64,000 bases of DNA, taken from Bacteroidales bacterium. GTDB taxonomy: Bacteria > Bacteroidota > Bacteroidia > Bacteroidales > UBA12077. The DNA lies in contig JAIORB010000038.1 of NCBI GenBank assembly GCA_021108325.1, positions 17,217 through 81,216 on the forward strand, given 5' to 3'. Below are positions 1 through 10,182 of this stretch, piece after piece. Under the pieces are notes generated by a model. The model did no database searches. It was not told where the DNA came from and saw only the letters and a program-made list of their open reading frames with translations. Position 1 is the stretch's first letter. Every line of letters begins with the position of its first letter. The translations under genes and the position numbers were made by a program.

Positions 1-210
1 TTTGATGATATGAGTGAATAATATCTGAGTTTAGTTTGAAAAGGTGCTAAGCGGCTAATTTTATAAAGTACATAAAAATTAGAAATCTTATCATTAGCAT
101 GTTAGTAAATCCCTGCCTGTGGCAGGCAGGCGCTAAGCACTTAAAATGTAATTATTTTAGTTTTAGATTGAACGCATATTTAAAACAAAGAAATTAGAAC
201 ACTGATGATA

Positions 211-240
211 TAAGAAAAGCCCCATAATATATGAGGCTTT
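211..240 (-). terminator. putative intrinsic terminator downstream of ribE
   Basis: Minus strand reads aaagcctc-atatattat-ggggcttt followed by ttttctt, about 20 nt after the ribE stop. Confidence 0.5.
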
Positions 241-260
241 CAATATATTATTAATTGGTT

Positions 261-866
261 TTATTTAGTTAATTGCTGTTTCACAATTCGCGCAACATAT
301 TTCCCAATAATATCGAACTCAATATTTACAACTGTCCCGGCTTTAAATTGATGGAAATTAGTAATATCATAAGTAAATGGAATAATTGCTACTTCAAAAG
401 ATTTGTCTTTTGAATTTACAACGGTTAAGCTTACCCCATTAACAGAAACAGAACCTTTTTCGACCGTAATATAATCTTCCAGAGAAGGATCATATTCGAA
501 AGTAAAATACCAGCTTCCATCAGCTTCACGAACATTTTTACAAACGGCTGTTTGATCAACATGACCCTGAACCAGATGGCCATCTAGCAAGCTGTCTATC
601 TTCATACTGCGTTCAAGGTTCACTTTATCATCAACCTGAAGTAATCCAAGATTCGACTTGTCTAAAGTTTCCTGAATTGCCGTTACTGTAAAAGTTTTAT
701 TATCTTTGTCAACTTTAACAACAGTTAAGCATACTCCATTATGAGCAACACTCTGATCAATTTTTAATTCATCTGCAAAAGAACAATGCATAGTAATATG
801 TAAATTGCCTTTATCTTTTTCAAGTTTTACAACTTTAGCAGCTTCTTCAACTATACCTGAAAACAT
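261..866 (-). CDS. ribE: riboflavin synthase
   Basis: 201-aa ORF with MFSGIVE N-terminus. It has two internally duplicated lumazine-binding halves (HNGVCLTVV / VNGVSLTVV), typical of riboflavin synthase alpha chain. Confidence 0.9.
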   Translation of the reverse strand: MFSGIVEEAAKVVKLEKDKGNLHITMHCSFADELKIDQSVAHNGVCLTVVKVDKDNKTFTVTAIQETLDKSNLGLLQVDDKVNLERSMKIDSLLDGHLVQGHVDQTAVCKNVREADGSWYFTFEYDPSLEDYITVEKGSVSVNGVSLTVVNSKDKSFEVAIIPFTYDITNFHQFKAGTVVNIEFDIIGKYVARIVKQQLTK

Positions 867-1016
867 AATCGTAATTTTAAATGTTAAATTTCTGCGAATT
901 TATGAAGATTTACATGATTAGCAAAGTTATTTTAGAGTTAAGGGTTTCTCATAATGAATAAATATTTTATACTTAGCTTTGTTAAACTAATTTGAAGAAT
1001 AACTGTTTATAAAAAT

Positions 1017-1463
1017 ATGGCAGAAATTGACAAACGCATTGTTAAATTTATAAATAAACATCATGTATTAACTTTAGCAAGCACAAAAAAAAACATTCCT
1101 TATTGTGCTAATTGCTTTTATGTTTATTTCGAAGATGAAAATATGTTGGTATTTACTTCAGATCATGAAACAAAGCATGCACAAGATGTATTAAACCAAA
1201 GCATTGTTGGAGGTTCAATTGTTTTAGAAACGAATGTTATAGGAAAAATTCAAGGAATACAATTTCAGGGAAAAATGTATGAACCAAACAACGATTTGTT
1301 GAAACAAGTAAAAGCAAGATACCTGAAAAGATTTCCGGTGGCTATGCTAATGAAAATCAATTTGTGGGTTGTTGAATTAAGTTTTCTTAAATTTACTGAT
1401 AACCGTTTAGGTTTTGGTGAAAAGTTAATTTGGGGAAAAGAAGAATCAGAAAATATTTCATAA
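1017..1463 (+). CDS. pyridoxamine 5'-phosphate oxidase-like FMN-binding family protein (YhbP/UPF0306-like)
   Basis: 148-aa ORF. The N-terminal pattern HHVLTLAS...PYCANCFYVY...LVFTSDHETKH resembles the YhbP-type split-barrel family. Assignment is by eye only. Confidence 0.5.
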   Translation: MAEIDKRIVKFINKHHVLTLASTKKNIPYCANCFYVYFEDENMLVFTSDHETKHAQDVLNQSIVGGSIVLETNVIGKIQGIQFQGKMYEPNNDLLKQVKARYLKRFPVAMLMKINLWVVELSFLKFTDNRLGFGEKLIWGKEESENIS

Positions 1464-1464
1464 A

Positions 1465-2481
1465 ATGATTTTAGTTACAGGTAGTACAGGCCTCGTCGGA
1501 TCACATTTATTATATGAGCTGACAAAAAAAGGCGAATCGGTTAGAGCGCTAATTCGCAATAGTAAAAAGATCGACTTAGTAAAGAAAATGTTTTTGTATT
1601 ATTCGAATGATTCTGAAAAATTAATTCAAAAGATTGATTGGGTTGAGGGTGATATTCTTGATTTGTATTCATTGGAACAAGCATTCTCTGACATTAAAAA
1701 TGTGTACCACTGTGCAGCTATAGTTTCTTTTGATGGTAAAGACAAAAACCAGTTGATAAATGCCAATGTGCATGGAACCGAAAATGTGGTTAATCTCTGT
1801 TTGAGTAATAATATTGAAAAACTTTGTCATGTTAGCTCCATTGCTTCGTTAGGTGAATCTTTAAATGGAGAACTTATTGATGAAAATTCGAAATGGACCT
1901 CATCCAAATCTCATTCGGCTTATTCTGTAAGCAAGTTTAAATCGGAAATGGAAGTATGGAGGGGAATTAAGGAAGGCTTGAACGCTGTGATTGTAAATCC
2001 GTCGGTTATTTTAGGCCCGGGATTTTGGAACTCAGGTAGTGGTTCGTTAATTACTAAGGTGGCTAAAGGAATGAAATATTTCACAACCGGAGCAACTGGT
2101 TTTGTTGATGTAAGAGATGTAGTTGATGTTATGGTACGGTTAATGAAAAGCGATATCAGTGATGAACGGTTTATTCTGAATGCTGAAAACATGAATTACA
2201 AGACTTTATTCGATAAAGTGGCCGAAGCTATGCAGGTTGACAAACCTAAACGGAAAGCAACAAAGAATCTTTTAAAAGTTGCTGTGTTTTTAGATAAAGT
2301 TGCAGGTATGCTAAGAATAAAAAAACGGGAGATCACGAAAGATATTATCAGGGCAAGTTTATCGGTATCGAAATATTCAAACGAAAAAGTGAAAAAGGCA
2401 ATAGGTAAAACTTTTTTACCTATTGAATCAAGTATCGGTGAAATTGCCGAAAAATTTAAAAAAGAAGTAACAATAAGCTAA
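1465..2481 (+). CDS. NAD(P)-dependent epimerase/dehydratase-family SDR
   Basis: Rossmann motif VTGSTGLVGSHL at the N-terminus and catalytic YSVSK (YxxxK). Starts 1 nt after the upstream stop. Confidence 0.8.
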   Translation: MILVTGSTGLVGSHLLYELTKKGESVRALIRNSKKIDLVKKMFLYYSNDSEKLIQKIDWVEGDILDLYSLEQAFSDIKNVYHCAAIVSFDGKDKNQLINANVHGTENVVNLCLSNNIEKLCHVSSIASLGESLNGELIDENSKWTSSKSHSAYSVSKFKSEMEVWRGIKEGLNAVIVNPSVILGPGFWNSGSGSLITKVAKGMKYFTTGATGFVDVRDVVDVMVRLMKSDISDERFILNAENMNYKTLFDKVAEAMQVDKPKRKATKNLLKVAVFLDKVAGMLRIKKREITKDIIRASLSVSKYSNEKVKKAIGKTFLPIESSIGEIAEKFKKEVTIS

Positions 2482-2530
2482 TTATCAATTAATAATGATT
2501 AGTTATTATTGTAAAAAACATTAAAATAAT

Positions 2531-4690
2531 ATGAAAAAAGAAATTAAGAAAAAAGGAAAAAAGAAGGGTAAGAAGAAGAGCTTTGGAATGAATAAGCAGA
2601 TGCTTACAAATAAGATAATTGGATTGTTTACAAATAATCCAACCAAACTATTTAATTATAAACAAATAGCAAAGCGTTTTGAAATAAAAGATGATTCAAC
2701 AAAAGGTTTAATAACTGCTATTTTATACGAATTAAAAGATTCCGGGACATTAGTAGAAATATCTCGTGGCAAGTTTAAAATTACAACTCAGGGCGGATAT
2801 ATAACAGGAAAAGTTGACCTTACAATGAGAGGTGCGGGATATATTGTTTCCGAAGAATCAGACGAGGATATTTTTGTAACGCAAACGAATTTAAATCACG
2901 CATTAAATGGCGATATTGTTAAAGTTTATTTATATGCTAAAATGCGTGGAAAACAGCCGGAAGGTGAAGTTGTTGAGATTATAAAAAAATCAAAAGAAAA
3001 TTTTGTTGGTGTTGTGGAAGTTTCAAAAAATTTTGCTTTTATGACAGCCAATAGTAAACAAATGCCTTATGATGTTTTTATTCCCTTACCTAAACTAAAA
3101 GGTGCACAAAATGGTGATAAGGTTGTAGTACGAATTACCGAGTGGCCCGAAAAATATAAAAATCCATTTGGCGAAGTTGTAAATGTTTTAGGTAAGCCTG
3201 GAGAAAACGAAACCGAAATGCACGCTATTTTAGCTGAATTTGATTTACCTTATGAATTCGATAAAAAAGTAGAGCAAGCAGCTAATAAAGTTTCAGAAAT
3301 AATTACAGAAAAAGATTATAAGGCTCGTAGGGATTTTCGTGATATCACAACATTCACTATAGATCCGGCCGATGCTAAAGATTTTGATGATGCTTTATCA
3401 ATTCAAAAACTGGGAAATGGAAATTGGCAAATAGGTGTTCATATTGCTGATGTAACACATTATGTTACTCCGGATTCAATAGTTGAAAATGAAGCTTTTG
3501 GGCGAGCAACTTCTGTTTATTTGGTCGACAGGGTTGTTCCAATGATACCGGAGAAACTTTCAAATATGGTTTGTAGCTTACGGCCTAATGAAGAAAAACT
3601 TTGTTATAGTATTGTTTTTGAGCTGGATGAAAATGCCGACATTCTGGATCAGTGGATTGGACGAACCATAATCAATTCTGATAAACGATTTGATTACGAA
3701 GAAGCACAGGCTATAATTGAAGGTGGTGTAGGAGAATTTAAGAGTGAATTACTATTGCTAAATGATTTGGCAAAAAAAATTCGGGCTCGAAGATTTAAAA
3801 ACGGGGCTATTTCTTTTGAGCGCGTAGAAGTAAAATTCGATATTGATGAAAAAGGCAAACCTTTAGGAGTATTTTTTAAAGAACATAAAGAATCGAATCA
3901 ATTGATTGAGGAATTCATGCTTCTGGCGAATAAACGTGTTGCTGAATTCATTGGTCAGGTAAAAAAAGGACAGAAAGCAAAAACTTTTGTATATAGAATT
4001 CATGATAAACCGGATCCTGAGAAACTGGAAAGATTCTCGAAATTTATACAGAGATTCGGATATTCTATAAATACTTCTGGTCATAAAAACATTACTACTT
4101 CAATAAATGATTTATTAGACGAAGTTCAAGGCAAAAAGGAACAGAATGTAATTGAAACATTAGCAGTTCGCTCAATGGCAAAGGCAATATATTCTACAAA
4201 AAATGTTGGACATTATGGCTTGTCATTCCCATATTATACTCACTTTACTTCACCAATACGACGTTACCCTGATATGATGGTTCATCGTATGTTAACCGAT
4301 TATATTAAGGGTGAAAAAAGTAAGAATAAGGACAAATATGAAGATATGTGTAAGCACTCTTCCGAAATGGAAAAAAGGGCAGCCGAAGCTGAACGTGCAT
4401 CAATAAAATATAAGCAAGTTGAATTCATGAAAGAGCATATTGGTGAAGATTTTGATGGAATTATTTCGGGCGTAACAGAGTGGGGCTTTTATGTAGAGCT
4501 AAATGAAAGTAAATGTGAAGGCCTTGTTCATATTCGTGAGTTAGATGATGACTACTATTTTTTCGATGAGGATAATTATTCAATTATTGGCAGGAGGAAT
4601 AAAAAAACCTATCAACTTGGAGATCCTGTGAAAATTAAAATTGTAAAAGCTGATTTAGAAAAAAAGCAGCTTGATTATACCCTTGCATAA
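2531..4690 (+). CDS. rnr: ribonuclease R
   Basis: 719 aa with a Lys-rich N-terminus, an RNB catalytic core (TIDPADAKDFDDALS, HYGL...YTHFTSPIRRYPD) and a C-terminal S1 domain (GIISGVTEWGFYVEL). Confidence 0.9.
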   Translation: MKKEIKKKGKKKGKKKSFGMNKQMLTNKIIGLFTNNPTKLFNYKQIAKRFEIKDDSTKGLITAILYELKDSGTLVEISRGKFKITTQGGYITGKVDLTMRGAGYIVSEESDEDIFVTQTNLNHALNGDIVKVYLYAKMRGKQPEGEVVEIIKKSKENFVGVVEVSKNFAFMTANSKQMPYDVFIPLPKLKGAQNGDKVVVRITEWPEKYKNPFGEVVNVLGKPGENETEMHAILAEFDLPYEFDKKVEQAANKVSEIITEKDYKARRDFRDITTFTIDPADAKDFDDALSIQKLGNGNWQIGVHIADVTHYVTPDSIVENEAFGRATSVYLVDRVVPMIPEKLSNMVCSLRPNEEKLCYSIVFELDENADILDQWIGRTIINSDKRFDYEEAQAIIEGGVGEFKSELLLLNDLAKKIRARRFKNGAISFERVEVKFDIDEKGKPLGVFFKEHKESNQLIEEFMLLANKRVAEFIGQVKKGQKAKTFVYRIHDKPDPEKLERFSKFIQRFGYSINTSGHKNITTSINDLLDEVQGKKEQNVIETLAVRSMAKAIYSTKNVGHYGLSFPYYTHFTSPIRRYPDMMVHRMLTDYIKGEKSKNKDKYEDMCKHSSEMEKRAAEAERASIKYKQVEFMKEHIGEDFDGIISGVTEWGFYVELNESKCEGLVHIRELDDDYYFFDEDNYSIIGRRNKKTYQLGDPVKIKIVKADLEKKQLDYTLA

Positions 4691-4906
4691 ATCATAAAAT
4701 TAACCTTTACCTTAAATTTGCAGCAAATTTCCTAAAGAACTGACAGTCACGGGGTGACTTAATAAAAAAGATATACATAACAGTCTTTATATCATATAAT
4801 TACCCCGTGACTTGCGGATTTAAGGCTTCAGAAAAAATGGGCAAAAAAATTTGCACCTAACTTTTTATGTTGTATTTTTAGAACTCAAACTAAGAATATT
4901 CGAAAA

Positions 4907-5518
4907 ATGATAAAAGAGCATATCTTAAAAAAGCAAAAATTAATAAAACTCAAGATTGTGAGTGTTGCTTCGCATGTTTTTAGTAAACTCGGATTTAAAA
5001 AAGCAACCATGGAAGACATAGCTCATGCTGCCGGAATGGGGAAAAGTTCAATTTATTATTATTTTACAAGTAAAGAAGAAGTTTTTGAAGAAGTAGTAAA
5101 AAAAGAGGCTAATGCCCTGAGTTTAGAACTTGAAAAAAGAGTAATTAATGTAAACGATAATCCAAAAGATAAAATCAGGAACTATATTTTTATAAGAATG
5201 AAATATCTTAAGGAAATGGTTAATTTCTATGAGGCATTAAAAAATGATTACCTGGGGAATCTGGTTTTTACTGAGCGAATCAGAAAAAAATATGATAAAG
5301 AGGAACAGCAAACAATTAAAAATATTTTAGAGGAAGGCGTAAATCAGGGAGTTTTTAATATAACAAATACAAAATTTACGGCTATGGTTCTTGTCACCTT
5401 TCTAAAGGGCTTGGAAACAACTATGATTATTGAACAGGAAATAGACATAAAAAATCTGGAAAAAAATCTGGATGACATTCTTCATGTACTTTTTTATGGA
5501 ATGATTAAATCATATTAG
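4907..5518 (+). CDS. TetR/AcrR family transcriptional regulator
   Basis: N-terminal HTH (FKKATMEDIAHAAGMGKSSIYYYFTSKEEVF) and about 200 aa helical length. Confidence 0.8.
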   Translation: MIKEHILKKQKLIKLKIVSVASHVFSKLGFKKATMEDIAHAAGMGKSSIYYYFTSKEEVFEEVVKKEANALSLELEKRVINVNDNPKDKIRNYIFIRMKYLKEMVNFYEALKNDYLGNLVFTERIRKKYDKEEQQTIKNILEEGVNQGVFNITNTKFTAMVLVTFLKGLETTMIIEQEIDIKNLEKNLDDILHVLFYGMIKSY

Positions 5519-5559
5519 TAAGATGAGATTAAAATTTAAATTACTTTTATAAATAATAA

Positions 5560-5590
5560 AAAACCCCGGGAGCAAGCCGGGGTTTTTTGT
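5560..5590. terminator. bidirectional intrinsic terminator (tetR / M16 peptidase convergent pair)
   Basis: aaaaaaccccgg-gagcaa-ccggggtttttt: a GC-rich stem flanked by an A-run and a T-run, between two convergent genes. Confidence 0.75.
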
Positions 5591-5591
5591 T

Positions 5592-8462
5592 TTAATCTTT
5601 AAAGAGATCTTTTTCCTTAATTTCTATAATTTTTCCGTATTTTTTTAATTCTTCAAGATCAATTCTTTTTTTATCACCAACAATTGCAATAACAACAGGT
5701 TTGGTTTTCAAGTTCTTTTCATTGAATTCAATAATATCATCAAATTCTAATTTACTATAGATTTCTGAATTAATTTTTGCAGGATCGTCATTAAATCCTT
5801 TTCTTTTCCAACCTACAACTGTTGTACTTAAATTTCTATAATTAGGTTTGTCAATTATTGATGATTGTATAAGATAATCTTTGATCATAGGCATTCGTTC
5901 AGATTTCTCAGGCATTTCGCGAATAAGCCCATTGAAAGTTTCAAGTGCTATAAGCGTTTTGTCTGCTTGTGTTCCAACGTAACCCACGAAATAGCTTTGA
6001 CCATTTATATTTATTGGTGTACGAATTGATGCCCCGGCTGAATAGGCTAACGAACGATATTCCCTTATTTCCTGAAGAACCAAGCCCGAGAATCCTCCGC
6101 CAAAATACATTTTAAATGCATCGATATAGGCTTGTTGTTCAGGAATGTAATCGTCTTGATTAGCAAAGAAATAAATTTTACTCTGAAGAGCTTTTTTCTT
6201 ATTTACCAAATAAATAATATTTTCCTTATACTGATTAATTTTTAATTCCTGTGGAGATTTGGTTTTGTTTAAATCGGTTGCCAAAGTTAGGTTTGTATTC
6301 ATTATTTCCATTACTTCATCTGGGCTTTTCTGCCCGACATAATGAATCTCTGTTTCAAATTGAGCAGCCTTGTTAAAAGCTTCTAATAATTCTGCTGTAG
6401 TAAGTTTCTTAATTTCTTTTAATGTTAGCCTGTCAATATAATCTGATTTTTCTTTGTATTTTACATACTCAAACAAAGCATCTGCAACACCATCAGCTTC
6501 AGCCTTTTCCATTTTCCTGTCAGCTTTATTATTTTCTAAAATATTGTTAAGCTTATTTTCTTCTAAAGCAGGATTGTTTATCAAATCATTAATTAATATC
6601 AATGCTTCTTGTAATGATTCTTCTATACCTTCAATGTTGATTGTTATATAGTTATTATCGGAGTATATTGAATAACTGCAACCAATTTTGCTAAATTCTT
6701 GTTTTAATTCACTTACCGATTTAGTTTTAGTTCCTGCATAATTCATTATATCACCGGCATAATCGAGCAATGGAATTTCTATTTTACCTGCTCCGAATTT
6801 TATTTCTAATGAAAAAATATCGTTAACCGGATTATTAACATGATATAGATGTAAATTTTCTTTTATTTCTTTTGTTATAACATCTTTTTCAAAATCAACA
6901 TAATCAGGTTCTACAGCTATCATTGGTAATGATTCTAAATATTCAGCAAATTCAGATTTAGCATCGGTATTTGAGATAACAGGTTCATAATCCGGCTTCT
7001 CAATTTTTTTGGGTTTTGAAAATCCCATTTTGGAATGGAATGCTAAAAAGTTATTGGCGAAATATTTGTTGGCTACATCTATTACATCTTGTTTAGTAAT
7101 AACTTTTATTTTTTCAGGATAGCCGAATATCTCATCTAAATCTTCATTTTTCACAAAAGCGTCACTTATTAAATAAGCTTTGCGTTGTGGGTTTTCTATC
7201 GATTGCTGAAACTCAACATATAAATCTTTTTTTGCAGCCTCAACTTTCCAATCGTCAAAATTACCGGCTTTTAAATTTTGTAATTGCTCTAATACAAGCT
7301 CTTCAGCTGAAATAAGTTTTTGCCCAATAATTTTAGGAACAAAAAATACAAGAGTTGCTCCATGATCGTTATAAGGTAAAGGAATTACTCCTGCAAACAT
7401 TAATTTATTATCGAGACTTAAATTATCTAATAAACCGGACTGATTATAATTTGATAAAATATTCTGAGCAATATCCAGGGCTATTTTATCCGGATGGCCT
7501 TTGGGAACAGTTCTAAATCCCAGCAATCCCAATTTTATCGGGCTTAGTTTTGCTTCAACAAATTCACGACCATCAAAAGGTTCTTCTTCCCATACTTTTG
7601 GTTCAGGCACATCCCCTGATTCCAATTTTCCGAAAGTTTTATCAATTAATGGTTTTACTGTTTCTGAATCAAAATTCCCTGATAGTATCAAAGCCATGTT
7701 ATTCGCAACATAATAGTTCTTAAAAAATTCATACATTTTAGTTAACGAAGGATTCTTTAAATCATCAATTGTTCCTATTATTGTTTGTTGGCCATAAGGA
7801 TGATTTTTAAAGAAATTCTTCTGGAATTTTTCTATCAGATTTGACATGAATTGATCGGAATACATATTTTTTTCTTCGTAAACTACCTCAAGCTCCGATT
7901 GAAAACCGCGAAATACAGGCTCTTTCATCCTGTGTGCATTAAGCTCCAACCATTTTTCAATTTGATTTGGAGGAAAAGAGTTATAAAAGACTGTTTGATC
8001 AGGGCCTGTTCCTGCATTTATATTTTTGCTTCCCATACTGTTTAGTACATTGCTAAATTCATTTGGAATAGCATACTCATTTGCTTTAACCGATTCTTCG
8101 TTTATTAATTTTTGAATAGTTTTTCTTTCTTCTTCATCTGTTGTTTTACCTAACTTGTCGTATAGTTCGAAAATTTTATCAATATGTACCTTTTCTTTTT
8201 CCCAATTTGTTGTTCCAAGTTTAGTAGTTCCTTTAAAAAGTATGTGTTCTTGGTAATGAGCCATTCCGGTAGCATCTGCAGGATCGTTTTTCGCACCGGC
8301 TTTTGTAACCACCATTCCAAAAATTTCAGGAGTATTGTGGTCTTCATTTAAATATACGGTTAATCCGTTTTCAAGTTTATATTCTTCAATGTTTTGCCCT
8401 GACAAAGGCTTTAAAAACAAACCCAGCAAAAGGCTCAGTATCAAATAAATTTTAATTCTCAT
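5592..8462 (-). CDS. M16 (pitrilysin/insulinase) family zinc peptidase, double-length
   Basis: 956 aa with a signal peptide and the inverted zinc motif HYQEH (HxxEH) near the N-terminus. The second half looks like a repeated M16 fold. Confidence 0.85.
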   Translation of the reverse strand: MRIKIYLILSLLLGLFLKPLSGQNIEEYKLENGLTVYLNEDHNTPEIFGMVVTKAGAKNDPADATGMAHYQEHILFKGTTKLGTTNWEKEKVHIDKIFELYDKLGKTTDEEERKTIQKLINEESVKANEYAIPNEFSNVLNSMGSKNINAGTGPDQTVFYNSFPPNQIEKWLELNAHRMKEPVFRGFQSELEVVYEEKNMYSDQFMSNLIEKFQKNFFKNHPYGQQTIIGTIDDLKNPSLTKMYEFFKNYYVANNMALILSGNFDSETVKPLIDKTFGKLESGDVPEPKVWEEEPFDGREFVEAKLSPIKLGLLGFRTVPKGHPDKIALDIAQNILSNYNQSGLLDNLSLDNKLMFAGVIPLPYNDHGATLVFFVPKIIGQKLISAEELVLEQLQNLKAGNFDDWKVEAAKKDLYVEFQQSIENPQRKAYLISDAFVKNEDLDEIFGYPEKIKVITKQDVIDVANKYFANNFLAFHSKMGFSKPKKIEKPDYEPVISNTDAKSEFAEYLESLPMIAVEPDYVDFEKDVITKEIKENLHLYHVNNPVNDIFSLEIKFGAGKIEIPLLDYAGDIMNYAGTKTKSVSELKQEFSKIGCSYSIYSDNNYITINIEGIEESLQEALILINDLINNPALEENKLNNILENNKADRKMEKAEADGVADALFEYVKYKEKSDYIDRLTLKEIKKLTTAELLEAFNKAAQFETEIHYVGQKSPDEVMEIMNTNLTLATDLNKTKSPQELKINQYKENIIYLVNKKKALQSKIYFFANQDDYIPEQQAYIDAFKMYFGGGFSGLVLQEIREYRSLAYSAGASIRTPININGQSYFVGYVGTQADKTLIALETFNGLIREMPEKSERMPMIKDYLIQSSIIDKPNYRNLSTTVVGWKRKGFNDDPAKINSEIYSKLEFDDIIEFNEKNLKTKPVVIAIVGDKKRIDLEELKKYGKIIEIKEKDLFKD

Positions 8463-8588
8463 AATACATCATTTTTATAATTATTAATTTGGTTACAATT
8501 TTAAATTAGATAACGAAGATAATAAAATGTTTGTTGTTTATCAATAAAAAGAAATTTGCTAAAAGACGATTAAGAATTTGGTTCGTTA

Positions 8589-8857
8589 CATATGGTAACC
8601 TTTATTAATTCGTTCGCATCAAAATTTCCATATCTTTTCAAAGGCAAGGAAAAACTTTGAAGGACTATCGGGATAATGCAAAAAGTTTTGACGAAGAATT
8701 TGGAAAGATATGGAAACCCTACGGGAATAAAGATAACAAATAATCTGACTGCGTTATATTTTTTTTCAATAGCTATGGATATTCAAAAAAAATATGCCTT
8801 GTATCTTATTCATTATCTTTATTTTTTGAAAGAAACGAATTAATAGAGGTTACCATA
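8589..8857. repeat. MITE-like / highly structured element bounded by 25-bp terminal inverted repeats
   Basis: atatggtaacctttattaattcgtt (8589-8613) against aacgaattaatagaggttaccatat (8833-8857), 24/25 complementary. Internal 18-bp IR tttccatatcttttcaaa / tttggaaagatatggaaa and a further A/T-run hairpin. Confidence 0.55.
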
Positions 8858-8975
8858 TATAAAAAAATAACTATCCGAATAGTTACCTAATGCAAAGATT
8901 GATTTTATATCCATATTATTGATATTAAACAAAAATTCTTATCTTGCCAATTACTAAAAACTAAAACTATTGAAC

Positions 8976-9443
8976 ATGAAAGCTAAATTATTTTTTACTG
9001 CTCTTTTATTGGCGATATTTTTATCTCCTGATTTATTTGCACAAGAAGCCGATAATGTCCTTGGATATTGGTTAACACAAGAAGGGGATTCTCAGGTAAA
9101 AATTTTTAAAGCAAAAGATGGCAAATATTATGGCAACATAAAATGGCTTGATGAACCAAACGAGGAAGATGGTACAGCAAAAGTTGATGATGAAAATTCT
9201 AATCCGGAATTACAAAAGCGCCCTATTCTTGGATTACAACTTTTAAAATCTTTTAATTATGATGAAAAAGCTAAGGAATGGGTTGATGGAACAATTTATG
9301 ATCCAAAGAACGGAAAAACATATAAGTGTTTTATGTGGTTTGAAGAGGGAGATGACATTACTTTACATGTAAAGGGTTTTATTGGATTTTCATTGCTTGG
9401 AAGAGAAGTTGAATGGAAAAGAGAAGAAAAATTAAGAGAATAA
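8976..9443 (+). CDS. secreted DUF2147-like protein
   Basis: Signal peptide MKAKLFFTALLLAIFL...FAQE. The GYW...VKIF...GTIYDPKNGKTYKC pattern is typical of DUF2147. The track ORF starts at TTG 8970; ATG 8976 is preferred. Confidence 0.55.
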   Translation: MKAKLFFTALLLAIFLSPDLFAQEADNVLGYWLTQEGDSQVKIFKAKDGKYYGNIKWLDEPNEEDGTAKVDDENSNPELQKRPILGLQLLKSFNYDEKAKEWVDGTIYDPKNGKTYKCFMWFEEGDDITLHVKGFIGFSLLGREVEWKREEKLRE

Positions 9444-9463
9444 ATGACCTTAAATATCTACAG

Positions 9464-9487
9464 AACCCGCTTTTTGCGGGTTTTTTT
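9464..9487 (+). terminator. intrinsic terminator
   Basis: aacccgc-ttttt-gcgggtt followed by tttttt, 20 nt after the stop. Confidence 0.75.
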
Positions 9488-9499
9488 ATCTAAAAAATT

Positions 9500-10150
9500 A
9501 TGAATAAAAACGAGATCATTAATAAAACCGTAGAATTTGTAAAAAACAAACTTGAAGGGGATAGTTCCGGTCATGATTGGTGGCATATTTATCGGGTATG
9601 GAATATGTCTAAAAAGCTTCATAAAAAAGAAGGCGGAGATTTGTTTATTATTGAGCTTGCGGCATTACTTCACGATGTAGCTGACTGGAAATTTTATAAA
9701 AATGAAAGTGAAGGCCTAAAAATTATTAGCGATTGGCTTGTTCAATTAAAATTATCAAATGGCATAACTGATAAGATTATTCATGTGATAAAGAATGTTT
9801 CATTTAAAGGTGCTGGTGTAAAAGATAAAATGGACACTATCGAGGGCAAGATTGTACAGGATGCCGATCGCCTGGATGCAATCGGGGCAATTGGAATTGC
9901 GCGAACATTTGCTTTTGGGGGTAAATTTGGCAACGAAATGCATAATCCTGAAAAAAATGCTGAACTACATAATAGTTTCGAAGAATACAAGAACTCCAAA
10001 GGAACAACCATAAATCATTTTTACGAGAAACTATTACTTCTTAAAAGCAGAATGAATACTAAAATTGCAAAAGATATTGCTCAAGACAGGCATCATTTTA
10101 TGGAAGTTTTTTTGAAACAATTTTATGATGAGTGGGAAAATTTAAAATAG
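9500..10150 (+). CDS. HD-domain metal-dependent phosphohydrolase
   Basis: H...HD signature (WWHIYRV, LLHDVAD) and downstream DADRLDAIGAIG. Confidence 0.8.
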   Translation: MNKNEIINKTVEFVKNKLEGDSSGHDWWHIYRVWNMSKKLHKKEGGDLFIIELAALLHDVADWKFYKNESEGLKIISDWLVQLKLSNGITDKIIHVIKNVSFKGAGVKDKMDTIEGKIVQDADRLDAIGAIGIARTFAFGGKFGNEMHNPEKNAELHNSFEEYKNSKGTTINHFYEKLLLLKSRMNTKIAKDIAQDRHHFMEVFLKQFYDEWENLK

Positions 10151-10182
10151 TATTGTTAACTTAGAGTAAAGATAGTTTACAA

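Noticed and set aside
867-1016. FMN riboswitch expected upstream of a riboflavin gene.
   Set aside because: The 150-nt region upstream of ribE shows none of the conserved FMN-element segments (no GGGCAGGGTGAAATTCC-like core) and is very AT-rich.
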